Virus record (IMG/VR): IMGVR_UViG_3300047994_000145
DNA length: 52,695 nucleotides
Strand: one strand, 5' to 3'
From: a virus
The notes under the pieces are model-generated. The model did not search any database. It was not told where the DNA came from and saw only the letters and a program-made list of their open reading frames with translations. The first letter of the stretch is position 1. Each line of letters opens with the position of its first letter. The position numbers and the translations under genes were made by a program. Positions 8,733 through 16,741 of this stretch are shown piece after piece.

Positions 8733-8834
8733 TTATTGTAAATAACCATTAAAATATAAAGTTGCTGCCTTAACAAGTAAACAAAGTAATAACATTACTA
8801 AAAAGTACATGTAACCTGCTTCTATCCTAGTCAT
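8733..8834 (-). CDS. Hydrophobic mini-protein, copy 1 (33 aa, MTRIEAGYMYFLVMLLLCLLVKAATLYFNGYLQ)
   Basis: GAGGGAG RBS; single TM-like core; paralog of 8862..8951. Confidence 0.45.
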   Translation of the reverse strand: MTRIEAGYMYFLVMLLLCLLVKAATLYFNGYLQ

Positions 8835-8861
8835 AAATTCTATCTCCCTCTTATTGTACCA

Positions 8862-8951
8862 CTAAAATATAAAAGTTGCTGCCTTAACAAGTAAACAAAG
8901 TAACAACGTTAGTAAAAAGAATGTGTCTAAACCTGGTTCTATCTTATTCAT
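8862..8951 (-). CDS. Hydrophobic mini-protein, copy 2 (29 aa, MNKIEPGLDTFFLLTLLLCLLVKAATFIF)
   Basis: Same GAGGGAGATAGAATTT leader as copy 1. A 1-nt indel relative to copy 1 shortens the C-terminus. Confidence 0.4.
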   Translation of the reverse strand: MNKIEPGLDTFFLLTLLLCLLVKAATFIF

Positions 8952-9050
8952 AAATTCTATCTCCCTCTCGCCTTATAAGTATTGCATCAGGAGTGCCACA
9001 TAATCATCAATAAAATCAACACCGCTCTCAGTAAAAGCTGTACATGTGCG

Positions 9051-9079
9051 TTGACAGTGTAAAAAGCTTATACTATTTA
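9051..9079 (+). promoter_or_regulatory. Sigma70-type promoter (TTGACA-17 nt-TATTTA)
   Basis: Hexamers and spacer read directly. First of two tandem promoters facing the ORF-free island. Confidence 0.5.
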
Positions 9080-9088
9080 AAATAATGC

Positions 9089-9117
9089 TTGACTTTTCCA
9101 TTCACCTATGCTAGGGT
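9089..9117 (+). promoter_or_regulatory. Sigma70-type promoter (TTGACT-17 nt-TAGGGT, with TGc extended -10)
   Basis: Same architecture as the other ten plus-strand promoters. Confidence 0.5.
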
Positions 9118-9123
9118 AATTAT

Positions 9124-9440
9124 TGACACCGGGGGATACCGGTGACAGTGAGAAGTTGCAGAGTTTGCGCATATACTTCTCATGGGCTGTATAGCCTCCA
9201 GCGCAAGCTGTAGCATAGTCTTGATAGGCACTCTCTAGTCAAGGCATATCCAGTGGAAACCTCAGCATGCCCCGTCTGTTAGGAGCTGCTAGCTGGTAGG
9301 GACACATGGTATGCGTAGTGAATACCTATAGCGCCATGTCTAGATACGGATATAGCCTGTATACCCTAGGCCAGTGTTTTATAAGTAAAAGCTGTAGTAC
9401 TATAACCTACAGGATAATACTTACCTACAGAGGCTATATC
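9124..9440 (+). ncRNA. Candidate structured non-coding RNA (alternatively an origin region)
   Basis: No ORF of 60 aa or more in any frame between 8708 and 9593. GC is visibly higher than in the flanks. Multiple hairpins, including a GCAA tetraloop, and a 10-bp long-range helix 9189-9198/9430-9439. Confidence 0.4.
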
Positions 9441-9543
9441 TTATCTAATAATAATTAATTCAATCTTTAGTGTATTCCTATGCGCCCCCATCTATTGAGA
9501 AAGAAAAAAAAACAACAATAACAACTTAACAGTTAAAAAAAAG

Positions 9544-9572
9544 TTGACTATTAAATTGTTACATGTTATTCT
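9544..9572 (+). promoter_or_regulatory. Early promoter (TTGACT-17 nt-TATTCT, with TGt extended -10)
   Basis: Lies 21 nt upstream of the first early gene, which has an SD. Confidence 0.6.
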
Positions 9573-9593
9573 AATAATAGAAAGAAGGTAGAT

Positions 9594-9965
9594 ATGAAAA
9601 AAAGTATAAGTTTAGAGCAATTTGCAGATGAAGTTAGTAAAGAGTTACATAAAACCTTTAAAAATCAAGCAACTGACTTAGAAGACAAAGATAAAGCCAT
9701 CATGCTGATAGAAGCAGAATTCATAACTGCTTTTGTTAATACCGTCCTGGCAGAAGTGTTAAGAGACAACCCTAAGTATGAACTTGAAACTAGAGACTTA
9801 GTTAGCTACGTGACCGCTCGGTATGCCGCGGTTAAATTTAACATTTTAAATGCAGTGGCTGAAGGTTTCTCAAAAGCACTGTCGCAATTTGCAAATCGTG
9901 ATGCAATGTTTTACTGCAACCTAGAACAGGTAGACGAAAACTTTTTAAGTGAAACGGACCATTAG
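9594..9965 (+). CDS. Hypothetical early protein (123 aa)
   Basis: GAAGG RBS; first gene after the early promoter. Confidence 0.65.
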   Translation: MKKSISLEQFADEVSKELHKTFKNQATDLEDKDKAIMLIEAEFITAFVNTVLAEVLRDNPKYELETRDLVSYVTARYAAVKFNILNAVAEGFSKALSQFANRDAMFYCNLEQVDENFLSETDH

Positions 9966-9977
9966 GAGAGAAAAGCT

Positions 9978-10214
9978 ATGCAGCTATTTTTAAATGATCC
10001 TAAAACAGGCAAACCTGATGAGATGGTGACTCTAACGGTGATTGTCACCTTAGCGGTAGTTTTTAGATTTCTTGTAGATGGGCTAACATTTCATATACTT
10101 GGACAAATAATCACATTTTCTAAACTCGATGCTATGGTGTATATAAGTTTATTAACCCCAGTGTTAGGTACCCACGGCTTTATTAAAGTTAAGAATCAAG
10201 AGGATAAGTTATGA
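9978..10214 (+). CDS. Hypothetical membrane protein (78 aa)
   Basis: AGGAGAG RBS; two hydrophobic segments. Confidence 0.6.
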   Translation: MQLFLNDPKTGKPDEMVTLTVIVTLAVVFRFLVDGLTFHILGQIITFSKLDAMVYISLLTPVLGTHGFIKVKNQEDKL

Positions 10215-10693
10215 CACTAAGAATTAAAGTAATAATCGGGGTAGTGTATACAGCTGCCTGTTTAGCTCTGGGAGCCTACCTGGTACCAGAGAAGACAAAA
10301 ATTGTCACTAAGGTTGCTGAGGCTGAAAAAGTGGTTGATAGAGATGACACCAAGAAAGAGATAAACAGGCACAAGGAAACTAAAATAGTTGCAGTCACGG
10401 AAACAGATGGAAAAAAGGAAGTAACTACCACGATTACTGAAGATACTGGTGTAAACACAGAAAAGAAGACGAATGACACTTTATCAGACAACAAACTAAC
10501 CACGGTGGATAAAGAAATAGTTCGAGGCAGTTCTAAGGTGACGATTTCAGCACTATTTGCAACAAATGCAAGCAGCCCGAATGGTATAAGTTACGGATTG
10601 TCAGTGACGAAACCTATTTTTGGACCAATCACTGTTGGGTTATTTGGGATTGCTAATGGAACCTGTGGTTTAAGCCTAGGTTTGACTTTTTAA
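10211..10693 (+). CDS. Hypothetical membrane protein (160 aa)
   Basis: N-terminal TM; Lys/Thr/Glu-rich middle; Gly-rich hydrophobic C-terminus ending in Phe. Confidence 0.6.
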   Translation: MTLRIKVIIGVVYTAACLALGAYLVPEKTKIVTKVAEAEKVVDRDDTKKEINRHKETKIVAVTETDGKKEVTTTITEDTGVNTEKKTNDTLSDNKLTTVDKEIVRGSSKVTISALFATNASSPNGISYGLSVTKPIFGPITVGLFGIANGTCGLSLGLTF

Positions 10694-10731
10694 GTGAGCT
10701 GTGTTAATTTTATAAATAGGAGGAAGTAAAA

Positions 10732-11010
10732 ATGTTATCAGATAAGAAATTAAAAAGAATATCTAAGGTATTAGGCAAAGAAGAGCTAGAGGATTTTAAT
10801 TCAGCTGAATTTTCAAAATTAGAGGATAGTATCTTACAAGCGGTGTCATCAATTAAGGAGGCAGAAGATGAATTGGAGGCTAATCCTAAGTATCAAGAAT
10901 TAAAAGAAAATCTTAAAGCTTTAAGTGCAGGTCTTAAGGAAGTGAAGAAAAGACAAAATGCTATAATTAGCTTTTGTAGTCATCTGATGGAAGAAAAGGG
11001 AGGGAAGTAA
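10732..11010 (+). CDS. Hypothetical coiled-coil protein (92 aa)
   Basis: AGGAGGAAG RBS; contains copy 1 of the GAGGATAGT motif. Confidence 0.6.
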   Translation: MLSDKKLKRISKVLGKEELEDFNSAEFSKLEDSILQAVSSIKEAEDELEANPKYQELKENLKALSAGLKEVKKRQNAIISFCSHLMEEKGGK

Positions 11011-11012
11011 AA

Positions 11013-11231
11013 ATGGCATCAAAAAAGAAAATTTTATTGCGAGGGCGGATATTCAGCAAAAAAGAGATAGAGGATAGTCTCTTAAAAGCTTTAGCACTAA
11101 TACTGGAGGATAGTACCCTGCCAGTTTTATCATTAATACTAGAGGATAGTACCCTACAAGATTTAATATCAATTAATGATAAAATAATTAAAGCTAAGGC
11201 TCTTAAACTAAAAGGAAAAGCTAAAAAATGA
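11013..11231 (+). CDS. Hypothetical protein with an internal LILEDSTL duplication (72 aa)
   Basis: GGGAGGGAAG RBS; contains three more copies of GAGGATAGT. Confidence 0.55.
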   Translation: MASKKKILLRGRIFSKKEIEDSLLKALALILEDSTLPVLSLILEDSTLQDLISINDKIIKAKALKLKGKAKK

Positions 11232-11323
11232 GTACATACACTAAAGTAATTTTATTTGTGTTATTTATGGTATTCTATACCTTTCTTTTGTATAAGCAAG
11301 GTAGGAGTAAAGATGAGAATTAA
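11228..11323 (+). CDS. Mini membrane peptide (31 aa)
   Basis: ATGA overlap with the upstream stop; hydrophobic core VILFVLFMVFYTFLL. Confidence 0.35.
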   Translation: MSTYTKVILFVLFMVFYTFLLYKQGRSKDEN

Positions 11324-11423
11324 AATCATAGTGACTTTAATAATAGTTTACACAGGTTACGTATATTTAATTCTTGCCTATAGGGCATTAAGGAATAAAC
11401 ATGGACGCTCTGATAAAATCTGA
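11313..11423 (+). CDS. Mini membrane peptide (36 aa)
   Basis: AGGAG RBS; core IIVTLIIVYTGYVYLIL. Confidence 0.35.
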   Translation: MRIKIIVTLIIVYTGYVYLILAYRALRNKHGRSDKI

Positions 11424-11787
11424 AATTGATAAATATGAAGCTTTGTTGCCAATGAACACTTCCGTAAGTTTTACGGAGGCGGAGAAGCGAGCTGCTAGCT
11501 TTTTACTTATAGCTGCACATATCACCAACTGGCGGTATGAACTTAGTCAGCACAAGATCAAGCTCTTATCAGTTCAGACCGCGGTATATGCAGAGCAGCT
11601 GTTTAAAGGCACATCAAAGACTATGACTGAAAATAAAGTGTCTGCAGAAGCTAGTCTAGATTATATGAAGGCCAGGGAAGACCTTGAGATGATAGAGAAC
11701 GATTTAGCATACTTAAAAGCTTATTACGAAGTGTTTAATAATGCTCACATTTTTTACAGAGGCATGGCAAGAGGTATCAGTGTATGA
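11401..11787 (+). CDS. Hypothetical protein (128 aa)
   Basis: AAGGA RBS; ORF track. Confidence 0.6.
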   Translation: MDALIKSEIDKYEALLPMNTSVSFTEAEKRAASFLLIAAHITNWRYELSQHKIKLLSVQTAVYAEQLFKGTSKTMTENKVSAEASLDYMKAREDLEMIENDLAYLKAYYEVFNNAHIFYRGMARGISV

Positions 11788-11848
11788 CTATCTATTTAAT
11801 TTTCTTGTCATTTTTTCTGTGTGCCATAATATTGTCTTGGAAGGTAAT

Positions 11849-12004
11849 ATGATTCCCTTAATACCTGTTATTATTTTTGTTGCATTGCAGACTGGTTTCA
11901 GTGTAGACTGTGATAAGAAAGGGAGCAGTTGTCCAGATGCTCCTAGTAACACCAGGATTCAGAGTCCCATAAAAACTGGTATACCTGGACTAAATGGAGG
12001 GTAA
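11849..12004 (+). CDS. Small membrane or secreted protein (51 aa)
   Basis: Internal Met preceded by GGAAGG. The ORF-track start at 11741 overlaps the upstream gene. Confidence 0.4.
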   Translation: MIPLIPVIIFVALQTGFSVDCDKKGSSCPDAPSNTRIQSPIKTGIPGLNGG

Positions 12005-12127
12005 ATGTTTAGTAAAGCACTAAATACGGTAATGGTTTTTTTACTAGCTCTTTCCTTAGGAGCATTGGCATTTATGTTCGCTTTATCGGTCGTACTTGTA
12101 TGGTCTTTTCTTGCAAGCATGGTATAA
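12005..12127 (+). CDS. Mini membrane peptide (40 aa)
   Basis: Entirely hydrophobic (VMVFLLALSLGALAFMFALSVVLVWSFL). Confidence 0.35.
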   Translation: MFSKALNTVMVFLLALSLGALAFMFALSVVLVWSFLASMV

Positions 12128-12136
12128 GGAGTAATT

Positions 12137-12226
12137 ATGTATTATGATTTAACAATTCCTTTATTTGTTGCTTTTTTAATAACAGGCATGTTTTATATAG
12201 TTGTGAAGGGTAATACAAATGACTAA
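12137..12226 (+). CDS. Mini membrane peptide (29 aa)
   Basis: AAGGAG RBS; core IPLFVAFLITGMFYIVV. Confidence 0.35.
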   Translation: MYYDLTIPLFVAFLITGMFYIVVKGNTND

Positions 12227-13109
12227 ATTTAATATGGATAAGCTCGTCAGCGACGTCAAAAAACAATTTAAAGACGAGAAGTTATCTAACAAATTAGGAA
12301 CTGGTAATAAGTTAAAACAGCTAGGAGAAGGTGATTTTCTTAAGATGCCTCAATGGTGGGTTGAGGCCACTAACACACCAGGGCTGCCGTATGGAGCAGG
12401 TGTTCAGTTTGCTGGTAAAACTGACAGTGGTAAAACTTCGGCCGCCTTAGAAGCAATCAAAGCAGCCCAAGAGCAAGAGCATGCAGTTATTTACATTGAA
12501 ACCGAAAACAAAACATCGGAACGAGATTTGATCAACAAAGGTATAGATCCTAAGCAGATAGCAATTATTCGGACAACAGTGGCAGAAGAAGCATTTGATA
12601 TGTTATTTGAACTTTGGGATGGTGTAAAAAACAGCTACCCCGATGCTCCTATGCTTATCGTGTGGGACTCTTTTGGAAATATGGTATCACAACGAGATTC
12701 TGAGCTCACTATGTTAGACGGTAAACAAAAGCCAGGTGGCAAAGGATCAGCTAACAGATTAGGTCTTAGTAAACTCATTGCTAAAATGGAGCAATCCTCT
12801 AAGGTTGCTTTGTTTCTTGTAAACTATACTTATGCCAATCTTGGTTCACCAGGAAGAACTAATGCAGGCGGTGAAGCCTTAGGAATGCTGTCCTCCCTCA
12901 TATACCAGACAGCTAGAAGAAGCTGGCTTGAGAAGACAGTAAAAGGAGAAAAAGTGAGGATCGGCGCTCAAGTGCAGTGGACCCTGTATAAAAATCACAT
13001 TTATAAAGATAATCCAGGTCCTAAGCAAGTGTTAGTTAATATCACTTCTTCAGGATTAGAAGTTGTTGGAAAAATAAATAGTCCAGATTCAAGCAATGAG
13101 GAGGAATGA
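12219..13109 (+). CDS. RecA-superfamily ATPase; candidate recombinase or annealing-accessory protein
   Basis: GLPYGAGVQFAGKTDSGKTSAALEA (Walker A in a RecA-like context); MLIVWDSFG (Walker B). Confidence 0.6.
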   Translation: MTKFNMDKLVSDVKKQFKDEKLSNKLGTGNKLKQLGEGDFLKMPQWWVEATNTPGLPYGAGVQFAGKTDSGKTSAALEAIKAAQEQEHAVIYIETENKTSERDLINKGIDPKQIAIIRTTVAEEAFDMLFELWDGVKNSYPDAPMLIVWDSFGNMVSQRDSELTMLDGKQKPGGKGSANRLGLSKLIAKMEQSSKVALFLVNYTYANLGSPGRTNAGGEALGMLSSLIYQTARRSWLEKTVKGEKVRIGAQVQWTLYKNHIYKDNPGPKQVLVNITSSGLEVVGKINSPDSSNEEE

Positions 13110-14089
13110 TGAGTATACCTATCGCAGTTTTAATATCAGATATTCACTTTGATCTCAATACGTTAGAAGTGGCTACTGAAGCTTTAAACACTGCTATAGG
13201 AAAAGCCACGACACTAAATGTGCCCTTGATTATAGCCGGTGACCTTCATAACACTAAGGCCATAATCAGGGGAGAAGTCATAAATACTTTGGTGGGTATA
13301 CTGAAAAATAAACACTGCAGTACACACATTCTTGTTGGAAATCATGACTTGTTTAATGAAAAAGGCAAAGATCATGGACTTGAATATCTAAGACCTTATG
13401 CTGAAATAATCGATATTCCTTCTTATTTGGCGGGTACCAACTTATTTTTAATACCCTATCAAACGGATAGCGACGAGTTTTCTAAACATGTTAAAACTGC
13501 TAACAAAGGTAGTATTATCGTTTGTCATCAAGGGGTTAAGGGAGCTTTTATGGGAGATTATGTGCAAGATAAGACTTCCATAGATGTTAAAGAACTTGAT
13601 GGATTTAAGGTCATATCCGGTCATTACCATAGGCACCAGACTGTAGGTCCTTTAACTTACATAGGATCCCCTTTTACTCACTCTTTCGGCGAGGCTAATG
13701 ATGGTCCTAAAGGGTTCTTGATATTAAACGATGATGGATCGTATTCCCGAGAAATTCTAAACCTACGTAAACACATGATTATCACCGGTGAATTAACAGA
13801 ATCAGGACTTATTTTAGAACAGCATCAAAAAGTAAATCAAGGAGATACAGTAAAAGTTAAGGTAAAAGGATCTAGAAGCCTGCTAGCTACTTTCAAGAAA
13901 CAAAAAGTCGCGGAGCTTATTAACCACAACAACTTTAAATTAGAGCTTATACCACAAGATCTTGAAAATATAGAAAAAGTACAGGTATCGGATACTCCTG
14001 AGACTATTTTTGACAAAGTTATTGATTCTTTACCTGATTCTGAAGAGCACAAACAGTTCTTAAAATCATTATGGAGGGATTTGGTATGA
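13106..14089 (+). CDS. Mre11/SbcD-type nuclease (metallophosphoesterase)
   Basis: Motifs SDIHF, GDLHN, GNHD and GHYH; directly precedes the Rad50-like gene. Confidence 0.8.
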   Translation: MMSIPIAVLISDIHFDLNTLEVATEALNTAIGKATTLNVPLIIAGDLHNTKAIIRGEVINTLVGILKNKHCSTHILVGNHDLFNEKGKDHGLEYLRPYAEIIDIPSYLAGTNLFLIPYQTDSDEFSKHVKTANKGSIIVCHQGVKGAFMGDYVQDKTSIDVKELDGFKVISGHYHRHQTVGPLTYIGSPFTHSFGEANDGPKGFLILNDDGSYSREILNLRKHMIITGELTESGLILEQHQKVNQGDTVKVKVKGSRSLLATFKKQKVAELINHNNFKLELIPQDLENIEKVQVSDTPETIFDKVIDSLPDSEEHKQFLKSLWRDLV

Positions 14090-15684
14090 AAATAATCTCT
14101 GTTAAAGCTACTAACTTTGGATCATACAGCTCACTGGACTTTAATTACGAGGATCTTGGATTATGCCTTATAAGTGGTCCCACAGGCTCAGGAAAGAGCA
14201 CTTTTGAAGATGTGGCTACTTGGGTGTTATTCGGAATAACCTCCAAAGGTGGAGCTTCTGACGAGGTTAGACGCTGGAATACCACAGAGCCTACCACTGG
14301 CACAGCCATAGTAAAAACTCTCAAAGGCATTGTAACTATAACCAGAAAACGTGGTGAGTCAAAACACAATGATCTCTACTGGGAAGATGAGTCAGGCATA
14401 CACCGAGGTAAAGACTTAAAAGACACACAAGGACAAATAGAAAAACTTCTAGGAGTTACTAAAGACGAATACATAATAGGTGCTTGCTATAATGAGTTTA
14501 GTGATTCAGGGCATTTTTTCACACTAAACTCAAAAGATAGAAAGAGATTTTTTAAGAAAATAGCATCTTTGGATATACCAAATAAGATTGCAGAAGGCTC
14601 ATCAGAACAACGTAAAGATATGAAACTTGAGCTAGATAAGGTAACTACCCAACATTCAGAGAAATTAAACCTTGATAATGTGTTTCGTAAAAACATTGAA
14701 AAGACCTCTAAATTATTAACTAATTGGAAAGACGATATAACTAAGAAAATAGAGGTTTGTGGTGAAAGAATAAACAATTTTGAAAAAGAGACAACCTCTC
14801 ATTATAACGCTGAAAAAACAAAGTATGAAGCTCACTTGCACACTAAAAAATTACAACTTGAGCACCTTAGAAACAAAATGGAAAAGAAAATAGAGAAAGC
14901 AAAAAAAGGTAATTCTTGCCCTTCTTGTGGTGCTCAAGTTAAGGATATAGTGAAAGAAATTAAAGAGATAGAAGAAGATTTCCACTCGGATGTAAAACAG
15001 CTTGAACAACATAACCTACCTGAGCCTAAACTAGAAGCAAGAGAAAACCCTTATCTTTCTCAATTAGAAGAGTTAAAAACTAGAACTAACCCTTTTATAG
15101 AGATGCTTGAGCATAGTAAAAATCAACTAGATCAGAATAATGAGGATATAAAAAATCTATCAGAAGGCAAAGATAACTTAACTTATTTAGTTGACTGTTA
15201 CTCCACACTTTATGATTTGTCATCCCAGCTCAGAGCTTTTTTGTTAGAAAACACTGTGGTAAACATAAACGATAGCACGAATACCCTACTCTCTAAGTAC
15301 TTTGACACAGAGATCCAAGTAGATTTTAAGCTCAATAATTCAGATGACTTAGATACGAATATTAAGGTGAACGGCAATGCATGCTCCTACTCACAGTTAT
15401 CAAAAGGCCAACGAGGTTTGCTAAAATTATGTTTTGCAATTGCCACCATGCAGGCTGTGGAAAATAAGGTAGGTGCACGATTTGACAGTCTATTTTTTGA
15501 TGAAGCACTTGATGGTCTAGATACCACCTTGAAACTCAAAGCATATAATCTTTTCTGCGAACTAGAGCAGAGTCATTCTACAGTATTTGTGATCGATCAC
15601 TCCAATGAGCTAAAGACTTTCTTTCCCAGAACGTTTTACATCAATGTTACCAATGGTGTTAGTGAAATAAAAGAAATAGATTGA
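14086..15684 (+). CDS. Rad50/SbcC-type SMC-like ATPase
   Basis: Walker A GPTGSGKST; long coiled coil with a CPSCG zinc hook; signature LSKGQRG; Walker B LFFDEALDGLD. Confidence 0.85.
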   Translation: MKIISVKATNFGSYSSLDFNYEDLGLCLISGPTGSGKSTFEDVATWVLFGITSKGGASDEVRRWNTTEPTTGTAIVKTLKGIVTITRKRGESKHNDLYWEDESGIHRGKDLKDTQGQIEKLLGVTKDEYIIGACYNEFSDSGHFFTLNSKDRKRFFKKIASLDIPNKIAEGSSEQRKDMKLELDKVTTQHSEKLNLDNVFRKNIEKTSKLLTNWKDDITKKIEVCGERINNFEKETTSHYNAEKTKYEAHLHTKKLQLEHLRNKMEKKIEKAKKGNSCPSCGAQVKDIVKEIKEIEEDFHSDVKQLEQHNLPEPKLEARENPYLSQLEELKTRTNPFIEMLEHSKNQLDQNNEDIKNLSEGKDNLTYLVDCYSTLYDLSSQLRAFLLENTVVNINDSTNTLLSKYFDTEIQVDFKLNNSDDLDTNIKVNGNACSYSQLSKGQRGLLKLCFAIATMQAVENKVGARFDSLFFDEALDGLDTTLKLKAYNLFCELEQSHSTVFVIDHSNELKTFFPRTFYINVTNGVSEIKEID

Positions 15685-15709
15685 CTTTTGTGCCAATTTG
15701 TAGTAGGTT
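15681..15709 (+). promoter_or_regulatory. Sigma70-type promoter (TTGACT-17 nt-TAGGTT)
   Basis: The -35 hexamer contains the TGA stop of the Rad50-like gene. Confidence 0.5.
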
Positions 15710-15732
15710 TAAATATAGGGAGAGGATTTAAA

Positions 15733-15936
15733 ATGTGTCCAATAAGTCCAGTATTTAAAAATCGAAAAGATAATAAGTACTATCACTGGGATGAGACGGG
15801 CTTAGTAGAAATAGGTCCATTTAGTGATGAGGAGGAAGCCGTAACAGCTTCGTATAAATATTCTGTATCGTTGGATAATGAACGTGTTGATTCTTCTAGC
15901 ATTTACAAAGAAAAGGAAGATAAACGTGGCCTTTAA
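15733..15936 (+). CDS. Hypothetical protein (67 aa)
   Basis: GGGAGAGG RBS before the internal Met. The ORF track starts at an upstream TTG. Confidence 0.5.
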   Translation: MCPISPVFKNRKDNKYYHWDETGLVEIGPFSDEEEAVTASYKYSVSLDNERVDSSSIYKEKEDKRGL

Positions 15937-16309
15937 AAAGGGTATCAAGAATCCTAGGGTAAATAAACGAGAACAAGGGCTTTTAAAAGGAGCTCTAAGG
16001 CGTGTTTTTGCTAGGTCTGAACTGCGTAACAAAGTGTTAAAAGCTGCTATTGTAAAGCACAGTGATAGCAGTAGACCTAGGGTTAAGACTTGGGTTAAAT
16101 GTAAAGAGTGTGGCAAATTAGAGGCTAAAAGTTACATGGTAGTAGATCACATTGATCCTCTTATTCCGCTTAATTCCTCTTTTGAAGAAATGAGTGTTGA
16201 CGAAGTAATTAATAGGCTCTGGTGTGACGAGAAGAACCTACAAGTGCTGTGTAAAGATTGTCATAATATTAAGACTAAACAAGAAACTAAAATAAGGAGG
16301 AAAAAATGA
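15878..16309 (+). CDS. HNH endonuclease
   Basis: CKECG...VVDHIDP...CKDCHNIKT (HNH with flanking Cys pairs). The true start is uncertain; a GTG at 15926 is possible. Confidence 0.75.
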   Translation: MNVLILLAFTKKRKINVAFKKGIKNPRVNKREQGLLKGALRRVFARSELRNKVLKAAIVKHSDSSRPRVKTWVKCKECGKLEAKSYMVVDHIDPLIPLNSSFEEMSVDEVINRLWCDEKNLQVLCKDCHNIKTKQETKIRRKK

Positions 16310-16482
16310 GTAATGTACTAGCTTTTATAGGGTGTCTGGCCGTGGTAGCTGCTATTCTAATAGAAATTGTGAGAAATTTTAAGGAGATATGTCTATTCGT
16401 TATTTCTGTTATAATATTTGTAGGGGTACTTGTATATTTGGTATGGTCTATTAGTGTAGGATTACATTGGTTTTTTAATTAA
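16306..16482 (+). CDS. Two-TM membrane protein (58 aa)
   Basis: AGGAGG RBS; ATGA overlap with the HNH stop. Confidence 0.45.
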   Translation: MSNVLAFIGCLAVVAAILIEIVRNFKEICLFVISVIIFVGVLVYLVWSISVGLHWFFN

Positions 16483-16496
16483 GAAGGAGAAATAAA

Positions 16497-16694
16497 ATGA
16501 GTGAAAAAAACGTGAAAGAGTTAAGGAAGCAGTTAAGAACAATAGTAGCAGAAATGCTGCCTGAGGTTCTTAAATCTGAAATCATGAACGAAATCAATAA
16601 AGAAATAAAAAAGAACGTACAAGAAATAAATAAGAAACATAGTGATACTATGAACTTTTTACTGAGGAACGCGATGCTACCTAAAATTAAATAG
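16497..16694 (+). CDS. Hypothetical protein (65 aa)
   Basis: AAGGAGA RBS. Confidence 0.55.
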   Translation: MSEKNVKELRKQLRTIVAEMLPEVLKSEIMNEINKEIKKNVQEINKKHSDTMNFLLRNAMLPKIK

Positions 16695-16741
16695 GCTCTG
16701 GAGACTTAATAACACTATTAGCATAGAGGGAAGGAATAAAA

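Larger units (their letters stand above)
8731..8968. repeat. Tandem duplication (about 117-nt period) of the mini-protein gene together with its RBS
   Basis: Shared blocks AGTTGCTGCCTTAACAAGTAAACAAAGTAA and CATAAATTCTATCTCCCTCT appear in both units. Confidence 0.85.

Noticed and set aside
8731-8968. The tandem 117-nt repeats as a CRISPR array
   Set aside because: There are only two units, with no short conserved repeat/variable spacer structure. Each unit holds an RBS plus a small ORF.
12014-12032. AAAGCACTAAATACGGTAA, a partial look-alike of the late 17-mer
   Set aside because: It needs an indel plus a substitution to match. It lies inside a small early ORF and does not precede a structural block, so it is probably chance similarity.
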